Assembly: GCF_022045235.1 (NCBI RefSeq)
Contig: NW_027266308.1
Coordinates: 57,722,001 to 57,786,000 of the forward strand
Reading direction: 5' to 3'
Length of the DNA stretch: 64,000 bases
Origin: Haliotis cracherodii
Taxonomy: Eukaryota
The position numbers and the translations under genes were made by a program. Position 1 is the first letter of the stretch. The number at the start of each line of letters is the position of its first letter. Shown piece after piece: positions 48,849 through 63,041 of this stretch. Under the pieces are notes generated by a model. It did not search any database. It was given only the letters and a program-made list of their open reading frames with translations, and was not told the DNA's origin.

Positions 48849-50216
48849 CAAATGGCCTACAAGAAGATTGAATTCATTCAGGATGCGTGCAAATAAGATA
48901 CATTCTATATGTAGCTAAGAGAAGAAACAAAAAGAACCCTCCTCTGATGTCCTCATATGTCTTCTGTATGAATGTGGTTCCTATGCTGTGAGTGAGTGAT
49001 TGATTGTGGTTTTACGCCGCTTTCAGCTATAACAGTGGGCTTCACACATTGTACGCTATGTGAGGAATCGAAGCCGGGTCTTCTGCGTGACGAGCGAACG
49101 TTTTTACGAATCTGCTACACTACCGCCCCAATCGTATACTGTGACGAGAGGAAATGAGAACTCAGCACGCCCAAAGCTATAATCGGTTGTTCGTATTTAC
49201 ATTTCATGCTTGTTGAAGGGATAACATTTACTTGAAAATCTACAGTCACTGTACTTGTGAAAGGGCAGCCATTTTGAACGAAAGACGGAACGTTCGTAAC
49301 ACGTTGGTGATAACGAGGTCTGTTGTGATTCGAGTGAATGTCAGTCAAGGGCGAGGAACAGAGTCAGTTTTGTAGGGGTATGACATTCTGGGGGAGGGGT
49401 AAGGGCTATACCGAAAAAAACCCGGTTCACTGGACATACTTGGTGCGTTCTAAAAAAATATAAAAAAAGTATTGTTTCAGAGAAAGACTATCGTTCAACA
49501 TGTCTGTGTTTGCCAGTGTAAAAAGTCCCCGATACTTATTGTTTACCCTACTGAGAGTAACCTTGTACTGAAGTTTCATTCAACAGCTACGTCCGTGTAT
49601 AGTTGATGTCACGCTCCCTGTGGAATTGTTGATTTAAGAATTGACCTTCACTTTGTGTGAGTTCATTGGGGTATGAACCTTCATAGAATGAGGGCCAAAC
49701 TGTATGAACGTCGGAGCTTGCAAAAATTGTGTCGTTCAAACACTTATAATTAAATTTTCTTTGGGTTCATTGAGATTCCTGCATTCTAATTAGATGAATT
49801 GGTCACGTGTTTTCGCATTTTATTCTTTATTTCACAATGAATGTAAAAAATTAAGCCACGCCCACCGAAGCGGACTACTTTTAGTACTACTGAATGTCGG
49901 GGAATCCAATATTACAGTCGAGGGATTTCACTCTCTGTTCACGTGTATCGTCATGCACAGGCCATTTAGCGAAATTCATGCACATTCATTGTCCATACAA
50001 CCCTTTGGGACCGAAGATTGAGAAGGAATGAAACAGCAAACGTGCAGGCTCGCTCGACTGTTTTTTTCCACAAGATTCATGTCTTTGGGTTTCATTACAT
50101 TTTCTAACAAGCATTTTTCCAACTGTGTCTTCCCGTTCTGAGGAAACTGTTCGAATCTGACGGCATCTGGCCATGTTTTTATAATGCAACGGCTAGCCAT
50201 GAGTCCTGACCTTTCC

Positions 50217-50568
50217 CGCCGCCTCCGTGGTCTTGTGGCAGAGCGTCCGCCCGGAGAGCGGAAGGTCCGGGGTTAGATCATACCGCGTCATACCAAAAGA
50301 CGTTAAAAGATGGTACTTGTTGTTACCCTGTCTGGCGCTCGACATTAAGGGGCTAAAACAAAGACTGGTCGGCTCGGAGTGAGTATACTGTGTCTGAGTG
50401 GGGTATTCATGTTAAACTGCGGCATGGTATCCCAGTGAGCTAGCACTATAAATCAGCATCAGTTCGGACTAGTACAAGCAGCCACACAAACATACGAACA
50501 TGCATGTCGCTATATAAGTGCAATAATCTTGGACGCGACGTTAAACCCAATTTCACCTCATCTCACCT
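50217..50568 (+). mobile_element. SINE family D
   Basis: Close copy of 29362-29712. Confidence 0.85.
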
Positions 50569-50917
50569 GACCTTTCCCTCAAATAGACATACAATCTCCC
50601 CAGTTTGTCGTTTTGAGACTGATTCGGACCCTGACACGCTGTATGAACGAATGTTTGACCAATCATGGACGTATGGCCCATTACTAAACAAACATTTCGT
50701 CTGTCATGGTTGTCTGCATACGTTCAGTACACCGACAACATGTTCTGTTGAATGTCAGGTTACACTATTCCTTGTTCTTATCCATTCGATATATCTTTGT
50801 ATTTTTGTACTCATCTGTTATTATTGTATATCCCCAATTCTTTTTGAGAGTACATAACATTCATCCTCTGTCCCTTACTCAGATGTATTATCATTTGTCC
50901 ACATCGTTTATCATAGA

Positions 50918-51171
50918 GGTGGCGATTCGCTGTGCAGAGTTGCGTCCCTTGGGCGTGCCAGAAACCTATGATTGTGGGTTCAAATCCCGGTTCGCCCCGA
51001 TTAGGTTTCTAGGTTTGTCAGCACCATACCCGTGCTCGTGGGTTTCACCGAAGTGGTAAACGTAAAGACCTGCATCACTTCGGGCTTTCCTCCCACATTA
51101 AGCTGACACGCTGCGATATAACTGGAATAATGTTAAAAGCGGCGTTAAACCCAACTCACTCACTCACTCAC
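50918..51171 (+). mobile_element. SINE family C
   Basis: Flanked by duplicated TATCATAGAGGTGG. Confidence 0.85.
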
Positions 51172-51762
51172 TATCATAGAGGTGGAAATCAGTTGCTTCT
51201 CCGGCAACAGTGTCTTAGACATGAGCTTTGAAACCGAAGTGAGCAGAAGCAATGATTCAGTGCCTGATTATCCTGTTTATCTTGGACACGGGTCTATTCT
51301 CTTACAGTCTTTTGCAACTATGATAGTTATTTGGGGGTTCTTTTCGCTTCATTGTCTTGGTATGATCAACAGTGATGTTGTTAATTACCATCTAAACTAA
51401 TGTATTTTAAGACAACGGGGGATATGGTCCTGTACTGTTATGAGTGTTTGAACCATTTATTGATTATTTCAAACTTACTGATATATCGTTGAACCTCAGA
51501 CTACAGAAGATTATTAAGCCTTATGTTTTTGTTTAAGTGTGATGCAACAGTTTTGGTATACTTTGACCTTGACATCTGAATTGACCCTCACTGGTTAATT
51601 CACCAATGCTGCCTCCTTGTAAATTCCGCGAAACCATTTTTTCTTCATCTGTACAAATAATGTGTCTAGAGCTGTATATTGCACATGGAATGTAGTTGTA
51701 ATTCCGAACTCGGTATAGATGCTATCCAGTATCCAGAGAGAGTCCTTTTTCCGTTGTAACAT

Positions 51763-51931
51763 GGGGCGGTCAGGTAGCCTAGTGGTTAAAGCGTTCGCGC
51801 GTCACGCCGAATACACGGGTTCGATTCCCGACAAAGGTACAATGTGTGAAGCCCATTTCTGGTGTCCCCCACCGTGATATTGCTGGAATATTACTAAAAG
51901 CGGTGTTAGACCTCACTCACTCACTCAATCA
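51763..51931 (+). mobile_element. SINE family A
   Basis: tRNA-like head GGTAGCCTAGTGGTTAAAGCG...GGTTCGATTCCC; TSD GTTGTAACATG. Confidence 0.85.
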
Positions 51932-52313
51932 CTGTTGTAACATGATAATGTCAAATTTCAGTGTATATTCTGCTAAATGTTACTGGTACCATGACCTTTA
52001 AAGGAAACAGATTTGACAGATATCGTTACAGTGTACAGTAAGGTATTTATTTTAAGTCATGTGTAAGAAATAGTAAACATTACATACCCGTGGACCTAAT
52101 TGTGTTTATTTAACCTACATGTGTGTCATGCAAATTGCCGCCATTGTGTTGTAATCCGTTCAAAATGGAGGGTGCAATTCAAATCTACCATTCAGCGTTT
52201 CCATACCGTGGAAAGGCCTTGAGGGACACTCGCTACCTGTCATTATGAGACGTGGTAAGTCCTTATTAAGATCAATGGAATTGTCTTTTGGATTTAATGA
52301 CAAAAGAGACATA

Positions 52314-52462
52314 CAGTAAACTACGGTTATAACGAACACGCTTATAACGAACTGACCCGGCCATGTGTTGCATATATGCTGTATATATGCTTATAACGAA
52401 CTACGGTTATTACGAACTAAAATGGGTGGTCACTTTGAGTTCGTTATAACCGTACTTTACTG
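52314..52462. mobile_element. Tc1/mariner-type MITE
   Basis: TA|CAGTAAACTACGGTTATAACGAAC ... GTTCGTTATAACCGTACTTTACTG|TA with internal TTATAACGAAC repeats. Confidence 0.8.
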
Positions 52463-53344
52463 TATACTAATCAAAGGCTGACACTTGAAATCCTTGATAT
52501 ACGTTTGACATTAATAATCCCCGCAAAGGTACATTGCCACTGTGTATCAATACACATTATCAAATTAAGTTATAGTTCCTGAATTATGGACTCCCAATAT
52601 TCCTTACAAAATAATTTATTGTTTCCACGTACATAGATAGTCAGAAATGTCTTGACATTGTCTAAAGACTTACTGAGCCGAATGGTCTGTTTACTTGACA
52701 AGGCTCGCTAAATACATCTTTATTCCTAATACATTTTACCATCTGAAAACAAAACGCGTAAGAACCTCAACATTAATGAAATTTCATTCCTTAAAAAGTC
52801 AAGTCGAAATCAGGTGATTTGAGTATATTCAATTCCTTTACAAATAGTTTTCATTCCTTAAAAAGCGTCCAGTAGGACGGGCATACACAAACGCTTAATA
52901 AATATTCAACACATTTGAAGCCTGCCAAAGCAGTAAAACCACGATCGAAATCAGGAGATTTGAGTATATTCACCCCCCCCCCCCCCCCCCCCCCCCCCCG
53001 CCACACACACTCCTATGTGTAATCTAATAAAGCATAGTTTGGCTCTGATCGAACTATTATAGTCAAAGCACGAGGTCGTTTGCTCATATACGCAGGAATA
53101 ACTGCAGTCGTCGCCTTTGATCTTCTTTTGGCGAAGTAGATTAGAAACCGTTTTAATAAGTTTCTGCCATGTATTTGATCGGAAGTTATAAATAGGCTTC
53201 ACATATGAAGATGTGGACCCCAGACCTTCTGCGTGATGAGAGACGATCTATGTGCTGTTGCAAAGGGAATGACTGGTGTGTTATCTACAGACTGTAATTG
53301 CTAAGTGGTACCAGCATACACAACTCGAAAGTCCCAGCGATCAT

Positions 53345-56300
53345 CTAGTATTTCTCGGGAATTTCTACGGAACGCGAAGGGGTTGACTGTTGAGTGGGTG
53401 GTCGACAAGGCAGACAGGGCATTCGGCCAGTCCTCCACAGCACGAGCAATCCCCCAATCAGCTGGACCAACCACACGGTGACTGCAGTCCATGTTCCTGC
53501 CTGGGTCATTAGAAAGACATGCAACAGTATTGAGTTCATCATCACTAGATTGACTAAATCAATTGACCAATACACAAACGTTTAACCTAAACGTTTCAGC
53601 TACATTTTAAATGGCCAACCACATTAATTTGTAGTCGTATACATAATATGTTTATTTCAAAGAATCGACCCCCCGATAATGATGATCAAACGGACAAGTA
53701 AAAGCCGTTGGACACTGTGCCAGTTGATTACATATTCGTATCGGTACTGATTGTATTTCACATATAGTAAATGTATTTGTGCATGTCTTCCGAGCATCTT
53801 ACTTAAAACAACTCTTCCAGAAGGCTAGCGAGTTGAAAGTATTGTTTACACAAACAAGAATAAACTTGAATGGTTTTCTCATATGATCCGTAATGGAATA
53901 TTCATTCATTGACTAAACGATTTTCAAACAGCATGCCATCTAGCTATACATTACTGACAAGGTGCCCATTCCATTAGACGCCATATACAGGTATATATAT
54001 GCCCATTCCATCAGACGCCATATTCAGCTATATATATGCCCATTCCATTGGACGCCATATACAGCTATATATATGCCCATTCCATTAGACGCCATATACA
54101 GCTATATATAAGCCCATTCCATTAGACGCCATAAACAGCTATATATATGCCCATTCCATCATACGCCATATACAGCTATATATATGCCCATTCCATTAGA
54201 CGCCATATACAGCTATATATATGCCCATTCCATTAGACGCCATATACAGCTATATATATGCCCATTCCATTAGACGCCATATACAGCTATATATATGCCC
54301 ATTCCTTTAGACGCTATACACAGCTATATATATCCATTAGACGCTGGGTATATAGGTATATATGTACCTGCTGCAAGCTCCTAAGACAGGCCCGACCGAG
54401 TCTTAATGTTTTTCGTAAACCTGAGATAATTTAGCGTGGAGAATAGACAGCCAAGATGGATGACGTGGCCCAAGAGCCTCTACGGGAAAGTATGTCCTGA
54501 GTGAACGACAGTTTTGTATAAGAAAAAGGTCTAAAAAGTATACACGAGCAAAGCCATAATTATCATAATTATTAAGTTAACGTAACTTCAAAACGTCACG
54601 TGATTTTATATGGTATTCTCATCAACACAGAAGTATGACATCATGTTGTATTCCGGGGCACGGGTGGCCCAGTCATCTGAGGCGCCGCGATTCGCTGTGC
54701 AGAGTTGCGTCCCTTGGGCACGCCAGAAACCTATGATTTCTAGGTTTGTGAGCACCATACCCGTGCTAGTAGGTTTCACCGAAGTGGTAAACGTCTAAGA
54801 CCTGCATCACTTCGGGCTTTCCTCCCACATTAAGTGAGTGAGTAAGTATGGTTTTACGCCGCTTTTAGCAATATTCCAGCAATATCACGGCGGGGGACAC
54901 CAGAAATGGGCTTCACACATTGTACTCATGTCGGGATTCGAACCCGGGTCTTCGGCCTGATGAGCGAACGGTTTAACCGCTTGGCTACCCGACCGCCCCC
55001 ACATAAGCTGACACGCCGTGATATAGCTGAAATAATGTTAAAAGCGGCGTTAAACCCAACGCACTCACACTCACTCATGTTGTATTCGAAAAAATACAGC
55101 AATAAGACGTCATTTTGCATTCTCATTGATACAGCAGTTTGACACCGTATTGTATTGTTCTCATTGATACAGCAGAAAGATGTCCTATTGTATTGTTCTC
55201 ATTAATACAGCAGAAAGATGTCCTATTGTATTGTTCTCATTAATACAGCAGAAAGATGGCATATTGTTTCAGGTGATAAATCATCTTTCAGCAGAAATTC
55301 AAAAGCACATGCGCAAATAGAGGAGTTCTTACACTCGACCTTCTTTTACCGTTATTGGTTGCATATAGAGGAACATATACTTCATTTGAATGTGTGTCAT
55401 GTTCTGTCCTAAAACATGTTTATCAGATTAACGTCGCATCGCCAATGTTATAAACCTAAGAAATGCTCATGATGTCAATCACTGGATTGTATGGTTCAGA
55501 CTAGATTATTTACAGACCGCCGTCATATATAGCTGGAATATTGCCGAATGCGGCGTTAAACAAACAATCTTGTACTGGAGTGTGCTGAAGTGCTCCCCGA
55601 ACGATGAGGTAACATGGATAATCAACCCCCTTGAAGACTTACCTCTGCTGCCGATAGATTCTGATAGAAGAAGTCTTTACCCGAATGTTCATTGATTACC
55701 GCCGCAGATGAGCACCTATGGAAGCGTGGGTGAGTGAGTGAGTGATGTTGTACTCCGCATTGAAAGGTATTTCACTATGAAACATGAGGGCTTAATATGA
55801 CACATGTGGTGGAGTGTTTTACCACTTACCAGAGCGAAATCCACATGTATGGATGTGGTGCCGACCAAACTTCCTAATCAGTGGGAATCTGGGATTCGAA
55901 CCCAAGTTAAGCGGATCCTATGACTATGTGTAAAAGGAAACCAACGTGGATGTTAATTAATGCATGACAAAGGAACGCTGTATCTCAATTTCAATAGTTT
56001 ATTCAAAACGTATTTGCGTTATTGTAACTACTATTCGATTTTTTTACTTTTGACAATTTAATCCTTGACTAATTTCCACGTTGATTGCGTCACTAAATAA
56101 AGATCAGCCTTATAAAACCGTCTTCAGGTTATATCCGTGGGTATAAAAGACATAGTATTTCGAATATCTATGTAGTTTCTGCATGTAAAATAATCAATAA
56201 ATAACTGTGAAAATAATCATAGTTGCAGTCTGTTTGATACGTGGTTTTCCTGTGGTGAAATATTTGATACGGGTATCATAGTTTTCATGTTTTCAGCCAA

Positions 56301-58546
56301 GTAGCGTGACAGGAACATCATGGGGAGATATTGTTAGAGCAGTGTTTATACGCGATGTTAAAATAGATAAGATAGTATGTACTCACGGAATACCTGTGTC
56401 TCCGACCATCCCGTCGCACAACAATTTGAAGCCAACACTGATGGTGCAGGCAGCGACGAGGACGAAGAAAAATGCAACACCGTCGGCGACGACATGGATT
56501 AGGAACGATAACTCTTGGTACGGTATTCTGGGAAAAGACATTTCCGGTGCGTCATTCTAGCAATACCATGCACAGGGGGCATCCTATATAGCCATTTGGC
56601 TCCCCAACCGTCCCTTTATACGCTTCGTCATACCGCTGTGATAGATACATGGCAATGGAATTTCTTCATAAACTGGAAGCATACCAACTCATGTACTATT
56701 ATTCTCTAGAATCAGGGGCGGTCAGGTAGCCTAGTGGTTAAAGCGTTCGCTCGTCACGCCGAAGACCCGGGTTCGATTCCCGACATGGGTACAATGTGTG
56801 AAGCCCATTTCCGGTGTCCCCCGCCGTGATATTGCTGGAATATTGCTAAAAGCGGCGTAAAACTATACTCACTCACTCACTCAAGTATCAAGACAATTAG
56901 TTTCAATCTCCAATCTTTCACCATGAAAATCCTGGACACATTTTCTGTCATTCTTTTTGGTTCTGATTCGAATGATGTGGCGCTAAATCGAATTAATTCA
57001 TGTGCAATACAAACTCTGTCTGTCATTACAGACGTGTTATTCCAGCGAATGGAATTTATCATATGAAAATGGCATTGACTAATTGAAGCGGAATTAAAAT
57101 ACTGCCGGCCAAAAGAAAGTATACACCCATGTTTGATGGCATCTTCCCGAGGCAAGGAATTTAACTGACTGTGAAAGTCCAGTTTCCACCCTTGCCGAAC
57201 TAGTCTGGAATTTTGATCCTCGGTCGTAGCGCCACCAGTGGCTATTACGTCCCTACACTGTACCTGCTACTGACCAATCAGATTCCATCTCTCATACAAC
57301 TGGCATTTGCTTCAAACAAAATGGCCGCGCCCAGTTAACCGCATCTGATCGATTATCAAGATCTTTATTGTAATAAAACGGGTCTTACCTCGCGAAGAGC
57401 ATCAAATCACTTGACCACATTGAATAAAGTTAAGTAAAGTCGAAATTTCACTCCATCATTCAACGTGGACTTTTATAGTCAGTTAACTCCCTTGCCTCGG
57501 GAAGATTGTTTGATGGTGGCTAATAATGAAGTCAAATCTCATTTTCAAGTGTATACTTTCTTTTGCCCTGCGGTTTATATAAATCTGTTGCGGCTGAATC
57601 TTGTATCCACACTAGACACAAAAACTGTTGTTTTGCCAAAAATCGCCATCTTACGTTATATTCTTTACTATGCAGATGACGTTGATGACGATGACGGCGA
57701 TTGGATACAGCAGGCAGAATACGGTGGCGATGGCGATGTTGTAGTTACACGTCGACACCGACCCGTACGTCTGCTTTGTTAAGTCCGCGTACAGCAAACA
57801 GTTGTTGTCGTGTTTAGACTAGCAAAGATTGAACTTGGTTAATTGTGACGTAACAAGCAAGTGTCGTCAGATCAAACAAAAAATCAAGTCAGTATCGGAA
57901 AGGCAGTGTATGTGTGTAAGTTAACAAGATGGTGTCTGATCACTGAGATGGTTATAGATGTATTACGAGTAATGACAAATAGAGATTAAGAGTAAGTTTC
58001 TGTATCATAAATTACGTTCAATATTAGTAAGACACGTGAAGATCCGGGGTGGAATAGGTCTTCACCAACCCATGCTTGCTTTAAAAGGCGACTATGATTG
58101 TCGTAAGAGGCGACTAACGGGATCGGGTGGCCAGACTCGCTGACTTGATTGATGCATGTCATCGTATCCCAACTGCGTAGATCGATGCTGACGATGTCAA
58201 TCAATCACTGGATTGTCTGGTCCAGACTCGATTATTTACAGACCGCCGTCATATAGCTTGAATATTACTGAGTGCGGCGTAAAACAACAAACAAACAATT
58301 ATATAAGTAATATAAATTGTATTTGTGCGAGCCTTAACGACTCACAAAGGCAAGGAGGATCTCCGCACATGTTGATCATCAGGGTTCGTCACTTGAATAC
58401 ATGTCAGGGGAATGAATAGGCGTATTGACTACACTTACCATGCTTACTCCTATTGCCGACGACATTGTAAGGCCACATATTACGAGCAAAGCATAGAGTA
58501 CCGTCCTGACCATGGAGATCAGGAGGGGCGACATCGTGACAGCCAT
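53345..58546 (-). CDS. TMEM179: TMEM179-family four-TM protein, ~213 aa; exons 58439..58546, 57655..57818, 56387..56527, 55643..55715, 53345..53500
   Basis: Four hydrophobic helices with family-like motifs CLLY...YGSVSTCNY, AACTISVGFKLLCD and FYQNLSAAEAGTW...W. All introns GT-AG with matching phases. Family-level call; orthology not established. Confidence 0.75.
53963..54345. repeat. 37-bp minisatellite (~10 units)
   Basis: TGCCCATTCCATTAGACGCCATATACAGCTATATATA repeated in the last TMEM179-like intron. Confidence 0.92.
54655..55077 (+). mobile_element. SINE family C interrupted by an antisense family A SINE (54835..55000)
   Basis: Family C resumes after the insertion; CCCACAT(T)AAG duplicated at both junctions. 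Confidence 0.8.
56715..56883 (+). mobile_element. SINE family A (full length)
   Basis: tRNA-like head with A/B boxes and (ACTC)n tail. Confidence 0.85.
58031..58297 (+). mobile_element. SINE-like family B
   Basis: Matches the family B consensus. Confidence 0.8.
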
Positions 58547-58899
58547 TGCAGAAAATATATGTTGCTGCAGGGACTGGCAGTCCTACAGAGTTACCGCCCT
58601 TGAGGAGACATGGCTTCTTTCATCTTTCATACAACATACCAAAATGAATGGAAATAACTGGCGAAACAATTTGCGTTTGGCAGTCCTGATATGTTTGTTT
58701 AAAACAAAACACCAGTTTGTTAAAAACCTGTATGTATGTATGTTTCTTATATGTTTAGGGGGCGTTTTTGTAAGGCAGCTGATGCTGATAGCCGGGGTAT
58801 CAAGATCAAACTCCCAGCGTTATCGTGACCTTTTTATACACATTTCGTCATACTCTTGTTCAGTACATCCTAGCTGCGTCATAGGAGCCGTAACAGGGA

Positions 58900-59862
58900 T
58901 TGCAAGGAGAAGCTGTCATAGCTGTAATCTCGCAGTCAGGTCCATCTGGTAACATATTGTGATGTTGCAAGGAGCAGTCCATAGCTGTAATTTCGCAGTC
59001 AGGTCCATCTAGTAACATATTGTGATGTTGCAAGGAGCAGTCCATAGCTGTAATTTCGCAGTCAGGTCCATCTAGTAACACACTGTGATGTTGCAAGGAG
59101 CAGTTCATAGCTGTAATTTCGCAGTCACGCCCATCTGGTAACATATTGTCATATTGCAAGGAGATGTTCATAGCTGTAATTTCGCAGTCAGGTCCATCTA
59201 GTAACATATTGTGATGTTGCAAGGAGCAGTTCATAGCTGTAATTTCGCAGTCAGGTCCATCTGGTAACATATTGTCATATTGCAAGGAGAAGTTCATAGC
59301 TGTAATCTCGCAGTCAGGTCCATCTAGTAACATATTGTGATGTTGCAAGGAGCAGTTCATAGCTGTAATTTCGCAATCACGCCCATCTAGTAACATAACG
59401 TGATATTGCAAGAAGTTCATAGCTGTAATTTCGCAATCACGCCCATGTAGTAACATATTGTGATATTGCAAGGAGAAGTTCATAGCTGTAATTTCGCAGT
59501 CAGGTCCATCTAGTAACATATTGTGATGTTGCAAGGAGCAGTTCATAGCTGTAATTTCGCAGTCACGCCCATCTAGTAACATATTGTGATGTTGCAAGGA
59601 GTAGTTCATAGCTGTAATTTCGCAATCACGCCCATGTAGTAACATATCGTGATATTGCAAGAAGTTCATAGCTGTAACTTCGCAGTCAGGTCCATCTAGT
59701 AACATATTGTCATATTGCAAGGAGAAGTTCATAGCTGTAATTTCGCAGTCAGGTCCATCTAGTAACATATCGTGATGTTGCAAGGAGCAGTTCATAGCTG
59801 TAATTTCGCAGTCACGCCCATCTAGTAACATATCGTGATATTGCAAGAAGTTCATAGCTGTA
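58900..59862. repeat. 63/60-bp tandem array (~15 units) upstream of the TMEM179-like ATG
   Basis: TTCATAGCTGTAATTTCGCAGTCAGGTCCATCTAGTAACATATTGTGATGTTGCAAGGAGCAG units. Confidence 0.92.
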
Positions 59863-60000
59863 AATGTATCTTTTGGATTTAAATCTACTTTGCGTTTTAT
59901 CTGTACGATTTTGCAGCAAACGGACTGTAGGCCGGGGGTAAACAAAACGGACTAATGATCATGGGAAATTGTTTGTCAAAATTAACTTGGCTTTATTCTG

Positions 60001-60247
60001 ACGCCGCATTCCAGCTATGTTCCTGCTTTACGACAGCGGTCTGTAAATAATCGAGTCTGTACCAGACAATCCAGTGATTGACATCATGAGCATCGATCCA
60101 CGCAATTGGGATAGGATGACATGCATCAACCATGTCAGCGAGCCTGAACACCCGATCCCGTTAGTCGCCTCGTTCGAAAAGCATAGCAGCCATTTACGGC
60201 AAGCATGGGTTGCTGAAGACCTATTCTACCCCGGATCTTCAAGGGCC
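60001..60247 (-). mobile_element. SINE-like family B
   Basis: Reverse complement of the family B consensus. Confidence 0.8.
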
Positions 60248-60288
60248 CCATATTGATGGGGTTGTTCCGTTTTCAAAGCAATATTTTA

Positions 60289-60645
60289 TTATTCTGTCAA
60301 GTAAATCAACAGAGCTGGATTTATTAATACATCTGCTGGTATATCATCTATTCCAGTAAATTTACCATTCTTTAACCGGAACACTGCTCTCTCAATTTCA
60401 ATTCCTGAAATAGGTTTATTTAAAAGATAAGTATCCAAACTATTTGCTGCTAAAAACTCGTTAAAATCACTAGGACAGTCAGTGAATGTGCTTCTATCTA
60501 AAAGTCCTTCATATGTATGTTTCCATTTTGATAACACGTAATCATGGTCATAACACACGTTACCGTCGTCATCAACAGCCACTTGAGGAATGTGACGCTG
60601 CTTCTCATTTGCTAGTACAATTTTCAAATTTTCTTCCAACATCAA
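60289..60645 (-). pseudogene. Non-LTR retrotransposon ORF2 fragment (linker before the RT domain)
   Basis: LNKPISGIEIERAVFRLKNGKFTGIDDIPADVL resembles the LINE EV..A...LK.GKA.G.D.I..E.L motif; truncated between SINEs. Confidence 0.7.
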
Positions 60646-60704
60646 AATGTAGGTTAGTCAGTTTATCTTGCTGTTTCAATGCATAGCTGAAATATTGCTG
60701 AACG

Positions 60705-60972
60705 CTGGCCCAGTCGTCTAAGGCGCCGCGATTCGCTGTGCAGAGTTGCGTCCCTTGGGCACGCCAGAAACCTATAATTGGGGGTTCGAATCCCGGTTCG
60801 CCCCGATTATGTTTCTAGGTTTGTCAGCACCATACCCGTGCTCGTGGGTTTCACCGAAGTGGTAAACGTCTGAGACCTGCATCACTTCGGGCTTTCTTCC
60901 CACATTAAGCTGACACGCCGCGATATAACTAGAATACTGTTAAAAGCGGCTTAAAACCATACTCACTCACTC
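60705..60972 (+). mobile_element. SINE family C
   Basis: Matches the family C consensus. Confidence 0.85.
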
Positions 60973-61900
60973 CTTATTAACCGTACCAAGTTTTTGTTTG
61001 GCATGCGTCCTTTCTTCTTCATCCTGCTTTCTGAACAGTGGCATATATATCTTCTGGGTCAGCATCTTATAAACCCATGCTTGTAAGAGACGACTAACGG
61101 GACCGGGTGGTCAGGCTCACGGACTTGGTTGATGCACGTCATCGTGTCGCAAGTGCGTAAATCAATGCTCATGATGTCAATCACTGGATTATCCGAAACT
61201 GACTCGATTAGTTTACACACCTCCGTCATAAAACTGGATATATGAGAGCGGCGTTAAACAACTAACAAACATAATTTGGTTCGGCATCTTATAATTAGAT
61301 GGATATTGGAATTATCCGGAGGGAGACGTTAAACCGTTAAACTAACAAGAGCAAGCGGCTGTAAAATCCTCCTTACAGAGACATGTCAATAGTGTTTCAT
61401 TAATATCATGGCGTGCCAGCTTAATGTGGGGGAAAGGCCCTATGTAGGTCAACTGATTTTGAACGCTCTTATTAATTACTCACACATATACATATATTTG
61501 AGAATTGAAGGTGACAGGGTATTTATGACTTCACTTTGATATTGATCATGTCTCTCTTATAACCCTAATACAAAGTTTTAACAAAAAGTAGAAAAAACCT
61601 TGTGCTGAGAATAACATCCTGTCACGTGACCGGATACAACTAATCTATTTTTAACTTTCGTTGCGCCAGGCATGGTAGAAAAAAAATAAATCGGTGTAAA
61701 TGTACACGTGTGGTGTATGCAAACTCAACATAAAACAATTCAGAAAAAACAACTTTAATGAGCGTTATCATGAACAAACAAGATCCAACATACAAACAAC
61801 AGTTCATGTGTAACAATCAGTTGGTCACATACCACTGTGAAATTGTTCCCGCGTAATATCTTAAACCTCTTATCTTACATTCTTTTATATTAATATATAT

Positions 61901-62162
61901 TTGTTTGTTCTTTAAAGCCGCACTCAGCAATATTCCTGCCATAAGACGGCGGTCTGTAAATAATCGAGTCTGGACCAGACAATCCAGTGATTGAAATCAT
62001 GAGCATCGATCCACGTAATTGAGATACGATGACATGCATCATTCAAGTCAGCTTGCCTGACCACCCGATACCGTTACCCGCCTCTTACGACAAGCATAGT
62101 CACCTTTTATGGCAAGCATGGGTTGCTGAAGACCTATATATTTTACCTCGGATCTTCACGAG
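61901..62162 (-). mobile_element. SINE-like family B
   Basis: Reverse complement of the family B consensus. Confidence 0.8.
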
Positions 62163-62991
62163 TGTCTTTCAGAAAGTGTCCGAAGGACAATGAGGACTCC
62201 CCCAAATCATTTAATTTTATAACCAATTGGCACTGAGCAAGGTCATCAAAACACCGTCAAAAGTGAGTGAGTGAGTGACTGCCGCCACTTCGAGCAGTAA
62301 TTCATAAGGCACTATCTATTACATGAAATACTGATGGAAAGAATTAAGGGAACATGCAATGACAAATGCTACACTTCAATGTGACCTTCCGGTTGTTCAC
62401 GTGGGTGGCTGGATGTTGCAAGGCAAGGTGACCCCCTACGTTTCTCTCGAGGTCTTGTGTTGTTGACAGGAAGCAGGTTTCTGTTGTATGTTGTTTCCTT
62501 GTGTATTTCACCTCAACAGTATATGCTTCACGGGAGTATACAGTTACCATCTCAAACTGGCGGCCTAATCACGTAGCTGTCTTTGCACTAAGATTAGCAA
62601 TGAAACATTTTTTCTGTCGTGACGTTTTTTTCTGGAGATTCGAATACTTGCTGACGCCATATATTTTTAGAGGGAAGTGTCCAGTGACTTGTTCCCCATA
62701 GATGTAGCTGGGCTACATCACAGTGGCCGAAAGATCGCATCCAAATGTGGGAGAGATATAACAATCGGTATCAGGGGAAAAGGTGCAGAAAGGAGAATAT
62801 GCGGGAAATACAAAACGTCACCCACCTGTCAGTAAAATGGACTTGTCCGACATTTCCGAGGTCGGACTCTATTCAGGGAATCATCATTATAATTTGGGGA
62901 AATATTTCAAAAGCTTGAATGTTGATATCTCATATAAGAAATAAACGACTCGCGGTCATTGTTTATCGCACAATAAAATACTCCAGGGGGA

Positions 62992-63041
<50 letters not shown>
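62992..63041. repeat. (GATA)n microsatellite
   Basis: About 12 units. Confidence 0.95.

Noticed and set aside
56715-56790. tRNA-like sequences here and at other SINE heads
   Set aside because: They continue into SINE bodies with TSDs and lack a complete acceptor stem, so they are not tRNA genes.
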